Shown one piece after another: positions 35,995 through 47,396 of a stretch of DNA of 64,000 bases. The DNA is taken from the NCBI GenBank assembly GCA_965178125.1, contig OZ237736.1:1612001-1676000 (forward strand), given 5' to 3'. The notes under the pieces were generated by a model, which searched no databases, had not been told where the DNA came from, and saw only the letters and a list, made by a program, of their open reading frames with translations. Positions within the stretch are counted from its first letter, which is position 1. Each line of letters begins with the position of its first letter. This DNA comes from Bilabrum cf. latius. Its lineage: Eukaryota. Both the position numbers and the translations under genes were made by a program.

Positions 35995-38900
35995 ATGTTT
36001 AGAACAGAGACGCTCACGTAGAGTATTATTTCTGTTCCTCGCGTTCTGATCGAATGTGTTCCGAATGTGTTGTGGTGGATGGCTGAGCTGCTCTGTGATC
36101 TCGGGATGCCTTTCGTCGAGCTTTTTGGGATCCTTCGGCATCGTAGCGACCCCAACTTGCCTCGGGAAGGGTTTCAGTACTTTCCAGAAGAGTGGTTGTA
36201 GGCATGGTTCATAGCAAACGTCTTGATATGTCTGGGCTTAACGCTAGTGTGCATAGCAATCCTAAGAACGTACCATAGCCACATTCTCCAGGTCGCATCG
36301 AGGCTGCTTATTCGAGATCGCTTCTCATAGCATCTAATTTAGAATCTTGGACAGTATGCAAGTGGGTCGGCAGCTGTGCCAGCCCTCGTAGTGTAGATCG
36401 TGGCGGCCCTGCTGGACAACCTCGTGGCCCCCACGTCGGTGATAGAAACCAATGACCAGCTCCAGCAGTACCGAACAGACGCAATGAACTACACTGCTGG
36501 TGGCAGAGCGTGGCACGAGCTCATGCAGCAGCAGTCCAAGGGTCCTGCTATTTCCACACATGAGCTCGGCGACACTCGCTGGGAGTAGATCCCTCCCATC
36601 CTCGGGCTCGACTACGACCTGTCAACCAGCGCCAGGTTTGCAGAGGGGTGGGCCTCCTGGACCAAACATTTTACTATGGTCCTTCAGGGGCTCGGGGTGG
36701 CGGGCGTGTTCTTCTACTCCCTGCTTTCCCTGCAGCCCGCGTGCAACCGCGTGGGCAAGGACGCGCTGGGAGAAACCTGCGATCCGTGGTGCAAGTGGTT
36801 TGCGCAAGCACCGGAAAAAATCACCAATAAGGAAGAACGGAAGGCCGTGAAAAAGCACCTGGCGTAGAATGCGGGTGGCTATCCCTTCGAGAGGATGTGG
36901 CCAGTTACCTGGGTCCTTGTGTGCATCGCGGCATGCTTCGTGGGTCCGTTCCTACTGAGCTGGATGCTCAACGGAATGGAGGGTTTCTTCGCCTTCCTGC
37001 TCTGGCTTGGTTGCACCCTGCTGTATTACGAGGGCATGCTTCCCACCGCCCAGCTGGACCCAGCCCTTGCCATGGGGGTGGTGACGCTGCTCTGGGGGGC
37101 TGTCGTCGTGGTAGACGTGGCCTTCATCAATCCGCTTGGGCACATCTTCGAGCTGTTTGTGGTGGCATCTATCTACTTTGTTGTGCTGAGCTCGCCCACG
37201 TTTCGATGCGTTGCCATCCCCACGTGCTCGAGCCAGGGGAAGCGCTAGGCCTGCGCCAAGCTATGCGCGCCACAGCCCACTCCCAAGCACATAGTGCAGT
37301 GGCTGCTGTTTGGACTGTTGTGCCTCGCTAACGGATTCACTAGGATTTCCGATCCGTGCATCGCGGGCAGCAACTTGCGACTCGTCGATGTGCTCTACGT
37401 GGCGCTGCATCCCCGGCAGATGCTGTTTCTGCAGATCGTCTTGTTGGGCTTTATCGAGCTCGGCGTGGCTGAGCTGGGGGCGGAGTGGGGGGAACAGGCC
37501 GCCGGCAAGTTCATGACATACATAAAGAAAGGAGCCAAGGATGCGAAGGAGTTGCACAGACAGCAGCAGGACTTTGAGAACGAAGAGGACATGCAGCTCA
37601 ACGAGGAGGACAACCAGCTCAAGAAGATCATATAGCGTGCGATTGGCAGCTGGACGGACGGGAATCATGAGCTTTTTTCTCAATTCTGCGGTTCGTTCGT
37701 GGAAGTCTCAGTCGTCATCCTTGTGGGCCTGTATGCAGTGGCCGTGGGCAGGGGCGTGTCGCACCGTCTGGCTGGCCATGCCCGTGCGATGGGTCTGGAA
37801 TCGGCCGTAGAGCGGTGCAACTACGCCATTCGGTAGGTGGAATTCGATCTCGATGAATATGAGCGGTATGGACACAGCAGAGAGAAACACCCGAGATATA
37901 CCGACCTCATGGAAGTCCGCTCAGGCCGTGCATTATGTGACACTTTGGATGATAGCACTGGGGAACTGCCGGCCGGTCTGCCCTGGGGCTCATATGCTCT
38001 GGACGCGCTGCTGGATGGGAAAGGGCCTTCGGTGGTGCTACTCAGCTGGCCCATGGCACTCGCAGTCAACGGACTCGCGCTCATGATCATCGTATTCGTC
38101 GCGTTGCAAGGGTATTACGCTGGCACAGCTGTAAGCGGGCCGCTTGCGATCATGCACAGCGTGTCCCTCGAGAGCAAGCAGCTTACTAGGGCAAGTCTGA
38201 GACGAGTGAATCAGATCACTGCAAGCGCAACGAGCTAGCGCGCTCGTCCAAGCCTCGCTGCCGTTGGAGGCAAGGCCACCTGCATGCACCCTGTCATCGA
38301 CGACGACGATGTCGTCGCTCCTGCACCGGACGGAGATCGAAGTCGTCGAATGGCCTTTACGTCAGCATCAAGGGGCCTTCGTGAGCTAGTTCAATCGATC
38401 GGTGAAGTATCTGGAAGTGTAGAGAGCGCAGCCAGAGTAGTTGCCCGCACTGCCTTAAGATCGGTTGGTCTTCGTGAAAGTGATATCAGTACCGCCATGG
38501 ATGCCGTCCAAGCGGCGTCGCAGCACCGTGAGGCCCTCTAGAAGCGCCGGGAGGACAGCTCAGACGAAGATAGCTCAGAGAAAGAGGAGCAAGCCCCACC
38601 GAGCGACGATGGCGTAGCTTCGCGCCAGTATTTGGCTGGCCCCCCTAGTGGTGGGGATGCTGACGGGGGTAGCGTCGTTGCTTCTGGCAGCAATGCGGCC
38701 GCAGCTATCAGGCGGCGCCGACATTAGAATACTGCCTCCGAAGCGAGCTCGAACGGCTCGATATTAGCCAATTTCCTACGTCCAGGCACCGAGGCAGAAA
38801 GGAGAGCCGAAGACTGCCTGGTGGGTGCAACAACCGCTGCGATCCACAGCGGACAACTTGCTCGCCAAGATAGCCCGAGCGGTGAGGTACCGTTGCCTGA

Positions 38901-40833
38901 CAAGACTGCTACAGATCCATATGCATTGCAGAATGTCGGTGTCGACATCGTGCGAGGAGATCAGTCCCTCATGAAGCTCCTCGTTGCGGTGGCTGACAGT
39001 CAGCCCCCTCAGGTAAGCCTCGGTTAGCTTGAGGCCATCTTCCACGTCGAAGTTCCAGTCAGGAACAGCGGCAAGCGCCCACTGTGGGTAGATCATATGC
39101 AGTTACGAGTCGAAGCGCACAGTCACGCCGATGGGGGCTCCATTTCCGCGCATCAAGATGGGTGCTGCCGGTCGCGCTTGAAGGACCTTCAGAAGTGCTT
39201 CCGAAACGAGGAAGGCTCTCCATTGAGCCAGAAGCTCGAAGATGTAATTGACATATTGCATGAAGCTATCACTCAGTTCAGACGGTACTTGCAGTACGAC
39301 TGGCTTGGCCACTCCAGCGGCTAGAGATGCTTGGGCGTCCTGGCTGCAGTGGAGTCAATGCCGTTTGACGGCGACGACTAGGACGGGCGTGAAGGAGGAC
39401 CTGGAGGAAAGCGCGAAGGAAGCTCCTCTGAGCAGCACAAATCGGCAGCAAGCGGCGCAGAGCCAACTCAGCCGTCACCTTCAAGTTATCGCCTACGTGG
39501 TGCCTAGATGCACCCAGATGCGGGGCGAAACATGATGTGGCGAAGGACTCAACACATTGGAATACCACCGGTTCGGAGAAAGCATGATAGGCGTGATCCT
39601 GCGCGCGGCCCTGCTCATTTCGTGGAGCCGACCCATGTTCGAGTTCGTGTGATTCTGGACCTTGACTTGTTGCACGTGGTGATTTCCAAGAACCCTGCGC
39701 TGTATAAGGGTGCTTTAATGTGGGTGGATCGAGCACGGGCGATTTCAGGGCTCGTGAAGGATACTATATCTCAGGTCAAGGCTGCTGGTGCCCGGTTCTT
39801 GTAGTGGACCGGATTCACTACGTCAGGTACAGGCTCAGATGCCGACAGTGCCGAAAGTAGTGAGCAATAGGATGCAGTTTAGGGACCGAACCATCTCATA
39901 GAGCGCCTTTCCGGGCTCCTTCACTCGCTCCATGTCTCCATGCATTCAACCGGAGGCAATGATTTGTGTGGACTGCGGCGATGCTTCGGTGGACCAGTGC
40001 ATGGCAGCACCGTGACCGAGCTGGCGCGCATCGTGCTTGCAGGCGAAGGCCAGGACGTTGAAGTTGAAGATCTTGGTGAAGGAAAACGTTTTCTCCACAC
40101 CTTGATGGTGGAGGCGTCCCAGCTGTACATGCAGTCAAGCGTCGATACAGAGATCGACGAGATTTAGGGGCTGGTTGGCATCCATGAGCAGCCTCATCTG
40201 GAGGCAGCTATGCTGCTGAAGTAGTTGCAGCACGGACTTACCGACCGATACGCGGCGGAGGCGAAGAAATCATTTGGGGTGGTGATGGCTGCTAACTAGT
40301 GGAGACGTCATGCATCAGTGCAAGGCTGCAACGTGACTAATGCAGCGTCTCACATGCAATGCATTCGAAGGACCGCCAAAGTGTCGTCGAAGAATGCGAG
40401 TGGAGTCGAGCGGCAGCAACCAGGCTCCACCATGTCGCGTGACTGCTACAGTCACTTGAGGCATGCTACGGAATCTCTATTGCTTGTGTATGGATCCTTG
40501 ATCATCATGCGCCAGGACGTGCTGACCGCATGGCCTGATGTCGCTCAGGACGACGCTGGTTTCACAGAAGGTGAAATTGCAGGTGCCAGAGAAGTCTATG
40601 ATGGTATCAACAGGCAGCTGGCCAAGGTCGAACGCGCACTGCAGGCTGTGATATGGCAAGGTGCGATCGTTTTCCTTCACAGCGGTGCCGTTCATAGCGC
40701 ACACGCCTTCTTTCGAGGGAGTCGCGGCGAAGCAGATGACTAGTCTGAGTTGTTGGCGTGGGTAAGAGCACTGGGTCTCGTTGTGCTGGCAGCCAGCAAG
40801 TACGGACTGAGGATCACCAACCCGGATGGGTAA
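35995..40833 (+). CDS. Large orphan multi-pass membrane protein, about 1600 aa, 24 in-frame TAG
   Basis: Eleven short ORFs (36400, 36676, 36895, 37294, 37837, 38284, 38821, 39097, 39508, 39940, 40318) lie in one frame. I read the gaps and found only TAG, no TAA or TGA, between ATG 35995 (or 36079) and TAA 40831. That TAA could instead belong to a GTAAGC intron donor. Several hydrophobic segments in the N-terminal half. Confidence 0.75.
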
Positions 40834-41204
40834 GCCATTCGTGGCGAGCATGCGCGGATGCGAGAGAAGCTTGTGGACTGCAAGAGGCTGATTACGGACA
40901 GGACAACGAGTGTGGGGGTGGTAGGGAATGCGGCTTGTGGAGGCTCTTAATTGTGGGGGGCACACCGGCAGGCGGTGCCAAACAGTGGCATTCTAAAATG
41001 ACGAGGAGCCTTATCAGATAAATCATTGGTACACAGCGGGGAAGATGCGCCAAGGAACAAGCAGGATCCGGGTGGGGGAAATCCATCCGTTCAAGGCTGT
41101 GCGATTACGGACGCATTTTTAGTATTGTTGGGAGGAAGGGAGATGCTGTAGCAAATTATCTTGGATGGTACGGTTATAAGCACGGTCAGACACAGTCAAG
41201 AGTC

Positions 41205-44200
41205 TCAGGACTGCCCCTGAATCACGTTGAGCTCCACCCACACGAAGAACAGCTGACCCACACCTGCAGCACTGCAGTACCCCATGGAGCCACCGTGAAC
41301 CTGGGCAGCCCTCCCGCCAGCCTGGAGGGCATCCAGAAGCTCCATCGGTGCCCCTGCAGATACCTCATCGGGAACCTCGCCGAACGAATCGCGGTCGCCT
41401 GCCACAGCGTGAGATTTTGGCTGTCGGCTGACGCCACCCTTCCAATCACTACCAGGCACCGTCTGTTCCGCCGTCAAGCTCCCCCAGCCGACGTAGTCAG
41501 CCCCTTCTCCAGCGGACGTGGAGTCATCACGCCCGTCTCCAGCCATAGATTCGCCATATTCAAGGCCCATCCGCCGCCGTTCTGACGCCTCGAACGCGCG
41601 CAGCATTGATCCCCAGTCATCAGGGGGCACACAAGCCCCCTCTGCAAAAACCCACAAGCACACGAGCTGTCTCTGCGGCTCCCGCCTCTGCCGTGCAATT
41701 CGAGCAATTGCCTCTACGCTGGGGCCCTACCCTAGACCAACTGCCAGACCATCGTGCCGTGTGCTCGCGGGAATCGTGGCACCACTAGCTACTGATTGCG
41801 GACCAGATGGACCCATGTCCCAACCTCCAAACCCCCTAGTGCTCATGAGGCCCTGCTCCGTGCGATCTACAGCACTGCCTGTATGGTCAAGCTGTCGAAG
41901 CAGCCGTGAGTGCGCCGCACTAGTCACTGGCAAGACTAAACCAAAGCTGCGGCACAAGTTTAGAGCTGGAATGCCCACCGGTGGTTGGGCGTTAGTGCGC
42001 TTGGTACTGACACGTACTCGCGGTGCAGTTGTTGGAGGGTTCAAATCAGACGGATGACTTGGCCTTGTGGCCACCTTTGCCGCTGAAGATGCCTCAGCTG
42101 AAGTGTCCCGATCCGACGCGCTCGGCTTGACAGCTCCATCGGCTGTGCTAGCCGGTGGACCCGAGCGCGTATCACTGCTGCACTCTTGTGAAGCTGCTGC
42201 CACTGCTGCTGCTGCTGCTGTCGCTGATGCGCCGCTAGGCCCACGTGCTGCAGTTGTGGCAAGATCTCCAGTACAGTTCGCTGCAGGAGACAAAAATCCT
42301 CTTCGATCACGGCTGGTTAAGTGTTGAACGCCAAGGGCACTCGTCTTGACGCGTTTTGATGGATCCAAATGGGGAGCTTGGATGCGGTCACCAGAGCCCT
42401 CCGCTAGGACCTGTTGAGCCATGAGCGATGGCTGAGGTGCGGACGATTCAGCGCTGCTATCTCTGCCCCGTTGCAGCGCAGCTCCCCGGCTGAGCGCGCC
42501 TCCGGACTGATGCTCAGCTGCATCTCCAGCTGTAGTCGAAGTGATAGCTCGCAGTGTGCTCAACTGAGAGCTGCTAAGCGCAGTGGCCATCAACGTGCGC
42601 GACGACCCAGTGCCAGCTTGAGAGGTACCTAGGGTGACAGGCACCAGACCCTCGAACACCACATCCTGCACGTCAGGGGCCACTGTCTGGAGAGAAGCAC
42701 CACCAGGCGCTGCACCTCGCGCGTGGCTAGTCCCTCTGCGAGAAATCACCTACGAATTCGCGTCGTTGCCAGAGTGGGACGTCGCGTCCATCTCTGCCTC
42801 TCCGACGCTCTCGATGCGTCCGAGCATGGGAACAAGTCCCGTTGGACTCGGAATCGTGGGAGCTGGCGCCACTGGTCCTGCCTGCTTGGTGCGCGCATGA
42901 ACCACCTGCAGCATGCTCCCTGCAGTGGCTGCCCCGAGACTGCGCCGTGCTGCCTGCCAGTGCTCATTGCCCCATAGGTACGGGGGTGCTTGGCTGCATC
43001 CCACCACCACGCTAGTCGAGCCGGACTGGGAGGCAAGAGTGGGGTTCACCTTGCGTCTGCTTCCGTTACGATCGTCAGATTGAACGAGGGTCTCGCTACC
43101 CGGCCCGAATTTGCTCGGCACCCTCCCCCCTCCCCCAGGCTCCCCAGCTTCTTGCGAGGAGCCAGCGGCGTGCAGCGCAGCCGCTAGGAAATGCATGAGG
43201 GCCCCACGCAGGTCTAGCCGACTGCACTGCATGTTGCTATGCACCGATACTGGCGATCGACCGAGTCGTGATGGCTATAGCTGTGTGGGGCTGTTGTCCA
43301 CAGGGGCCATGACCTTGAGCCGAATCCCTTGCCCGAGGGCCTGTGCACCGAACGTGAGCTCCGTCTCTCTCAGCAAACTGGCGATGGAGACTGCATCATG
43401 CAGCGGCGTGCGGATGGGGTCCAACGTGGTGCTCCCAGCCCCGTGCGCCCCTCGCGACTGGCGCTGCTGCTGCTTGGCCATGGCAATACCATGCGTCACT
43501 GCCTAGTCAACGGCTGCAGCTGCAGCTTCCAGAGACGGTAGCGCAACTCCAAGACGGTCCAAGTCGGCTTGCATGCGGCTGCGACTGCTGCTGGCCTTGC
43601 CCTTGCTGCCACCTCGTGCTGAGGCAGACCCATCGCCTTCACCGCCCTGAAGGGCAGACATGGTAGTGGAGGTCACACTTCCGACGGACTGCCTTCCCGC
43701 ACGCCGCACACCGTGAGCCCCTGCCCGTGCCGAGCTTGGGCTGGCGGGGACCACGGAGCCAGGGCGCGGCGCCTGTCCGCCAATCAGGTCTGCCGCGGGC
43801 CTCGTAGAGCTTACCTCGGTGGAGCTTTCCGTACCCCTGGTCTCAGGCTCTGACCCCCGCCGACAGGGCACCCCGCAAAAGCGACCTTCATAGTTCGGCT
43901 TCGCGCCGTTGCTGGACTTGGTGGTCGGCGGCGCAGCGATGCCAGACGCAGGTACCTGAATGGCCCTGACAGGCGGGCCATTGCGGGTGTTGCCTGCCCC
44001 TGTTGGCTGACATGCCGAATGTACCACATTGATATGCAGCTTTGTCGTCTACGCAGCACCCGCGTCTCCTCGCTCGGACTTCTACACGGCAGGCTCAACT
44101 TCCTGCTCGGTCTACTCGAAATCGCTCAGGCCCGAGAGCCCGCCTTCTGGACGAAGCCGACTGCTGCTCATGCTACCAGCCATGTGGCTCCTGCCGCTGC

Positions 44201-47200
44201 GGTTTGGAGCTTGCCTGAAGGCAGCCGAGCCGCTCGTCCCACTTCCAGACCGCATCAGCTACCTGCGCCGGAGCAGGGCAGTGAACCTCTCCCTCATCTC
44301 AGTCACCTGCGCCTCCACAAACCCTATTCCTGACTGCAGCGTGCGAAGAGGCAGGAGAGTCTCTTTCCTAAGCTCCCGCAGTCTAGACCACAGCCTCCGC
44401 TTCCTGGTCTCCGCTGCCTCTACAGCGTTCTCGAGCTTCCCTGAGTGTGATGCGAATCGGTACAGCAGCAACAGCACTACCAAGTACATGAACTATGCAA
44501 TTAGTACGATTAAAACGTACGCATGCTGGGTACGAAGCAAAGCGTCTGGCCAGGTGTCCCGCTCCAGCTGGTCGGCGGAATACGCCCTGTACTCTTCGGG
44601 ACAGTCCTCTCGGGCAGTGCCCAGCCCAGTGCGGTCGTAGTAGGCACACGTGCAGATGTTCTCGAATTGGCGCAGCACAACAGTTCGAATCGTAGGGGCC
44701 ACCACACGCAGAGTGCAGTACAGGATGCCCGTGGTCTTGATCCAGCTTGCCAGCGCCACCGCCTTCTCGTGCTCCTTCTGCAGCAAAGAGGCTGACTCGC
44801 CTTCGTACCGCTTCAAGTACAGCGACGCAGCACCCTGAGTAGCCACCTCAGCAGCTCTCTTGCCGCAGCACGCATGCACCCAGTGCGTTGGCATGCTCAT
44901 TGCAAGCAGCCCAGCCCTTGCAGCTCCTGCCAAACCCATCGCAAGCACATGCAGCTACTTGTCCTTGCGGGGACTTGGTTGCCGCCACCTGAGCAGCTTT
45001 CGACGAGTGAGCGAATCGATTTCTGGGTCATATCGCGCCGAATTAGGCTGCGTGGTTGGTACAGACGCTTCGGTGCCGCGCTGATGGCTGCTCGACTAGC
45101 CATGTGCTGCAGTCGCATCAGCGTTGCGTTCTGTGCGGAGCTGGGCCCGGGCTATCTCCGCCTTGACCTCGAACACTTCTACTGCATCTCTGAATAGCTG
45201 CCTACGCTCCTCAAGCTCGCTCTTGGGTTTAGGATCGCCATTAGCGCGCTGAACCGCCCCGCTATCTCCGTTCTTGTCGAAAATACCACACATCGATATG
45301 TCCTCTACACAGCACGAGCAGCCGCAGCGAAGCCATCGAGCGCAGCCAAGAGACCAAGCTTCCACGCTGTACCTGCCGCAGCAGTAGCAAGTGCCAACGC
45401 AGCACCCAGTGTCTGGCTGCGCTTCTTCCGCCAGGCCAGGCATACCTCGACTGAGCCAGCGCGCGTACTTCCTGTACCCCGCGTCCTGGCTGTCAGAGAG
45501 CCCCACAATCGGAGTGAAGAAGTAGAACACAGCCGTCACCGGCATGCACAGTAGAGCAGCAAGAAAGACCAAACCCGAGATACCAATCATGATCTTCGAG
45601 AAGGTGCTGGCCTCGTGGCCGAACACCGCTTCTGAGTCCTGGCCCGTGTGCCAGGGCTCGTCCAGGACGGGACCGCCATTCAGCTCGGGGCTCATCTCGG
45701 ATGCACCCCTGTACCACTCTCGCAGCTCCTCGATTGGCATGGGTATCGAGACAGACCCTAAGCCGCCCTCACGATCCGCCCGAAGCCTTGCAGCTGCCAT
45801 GACAGCTAGGCTTGCCTCCACCGCTGCTGCCTGGGTCAGGCACCAGTTGGCTAGCCTACAGGTTGTGACCTCGTTGAGCATTATCGGACCCCAATCCATC
45901 CGCCCGTGCTCCTCAGCATACGTCGAAAGGTGCACTAGAGCCTGGTCAACATAACCAGTGACATTCAGCTGCCTGGTCTGCGCATGTCGGTGCATAGCAA
46001 GGAAATACTGCGGCTGCCCATCCAGCCCCACCAGCATAGGAATATGCGGGGCTACCCCATCAGGCCGGAGCTTTTCCATCTCCTGCATTGCCTCCAGGCC
46101 CATGTCAATGGTGACAGAGCTGGCACCCAGTCCAGCGTAACCATACGCGGCGCAACCGAGGATGTATCCCACGAAGCCGAAGATGAAACCACCTACTATC
46201 ATCGCGGTACGAGTGCGCCCGCGCGCCATCTCCCTGGAGGGAGTTTTCGCCAGCGAGGCACCTACGAGCACCTGTCCCACGTATGCCACGGCAAGGAAGA
46301 CCCCGGTCACCCATGGAGCAGCAGGGGAGGCCAACACGAGGTGGGGCACTGCACGCCGGATGGCTCCAACTGTGAGGGGCCACCCGCGCATCCAGCGGAG
46401 CATCAATTCGATGTATCCCGCCATGTAAGAGCCCATTGGGGCCAGTGGTATCACCACGGGGCCCTTCCCGAAAGTTCCTCCCTCTGGGCTGGAGGGCACG
46501 TAGTCCAGCATGGCGATCGAAGCGCCGAGAAATGCCACGAAGCACACCAGGCCCATGAACAGGGTCCTCCGAGACAGCGGTCGCCGAGACGGCACATAGT
46601 ACACGGGGCACATCTGGCATATCCTATTCTCAGGGCGGACTAGCCCAGCTATGGATGCGTGCCAGTCGGACCCCGTGATGGAATCGCTCGTTGACCCTGC
46701 GCGCAGCCTTCGGGGAGCGCTTGCACCAGCAGATGATCCATGTATTGCCTCCATTCCTATTGGAACTACTCTAGATGACCGATCGTCGATAAGTCTGGAC
46801 GGCACGCGGTACTTCGTAGGTCTAGAGCGTTTCGCAGATACGCAGCACAGTACTGCTGGGCATTCTCCACGTCTGCATGCATGCATCCATGCGACAACCG
46901 AAAAGGCTGCAATAATTATAAGCGTTATCCACACGCAAATCTCTGTAGCGAGCGCGATGGCACCCTGCGCCTGCCACACAGCAAGCATCGAGCTGTGGTC
47001 ATCGTCAATGGTCCAGTCAAATGCAACCCCAAGCCTTGGAAACGCGACGGCGGGCGCAATAGAGTCCGAGCTGGTTCCTAATATGTTCGAACCCAGTATC
47101 TGGGCGATGTAGCTCAGCAACAGCAAGCAAATAATGGAGATGATGAAGACCACAGCAATCGTGCAAAAGCCTGGGCTGTACAGGGCCTCCCAGAGCATCG

Positions 47201-47237
47201 TACGGACTACTTCGGAGCGGTCCGCATACACTCGCAT
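41205..47237 (-). CDS. Large orphan multi-pass membrane protein with a long disordered C-terminus, about 2010 aa, 11 in-frame TAG
   Basis: ORFs 45096..47264, 44493..44948, 44259..44489, 43503..44027, 43275..43499, 42750..43244, 41727..42749 and 41205..41663 share a frame. They are separated only by TAG at 45096, 44955, 44493, 44259, 44112, 44082, 44049, 43503, 43275, 42750 and 41727. First ATG at 47237. Ends TGA. Confidence 0.75.
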
Positions 47238-47396
47238 ACTACTTTGATATGAAGTCGCTTTCACAGCACAGCAATCAGCACCATGGTCGTGAAATGAATC
47301 GATGAAAAGGTTCCGCTATCCATCATTCGCATATCTTCATCTTCTAGAAACAACTGGTCGCAAATGTAAATGACCGTGCATGCAGAAGCGCTCCGA

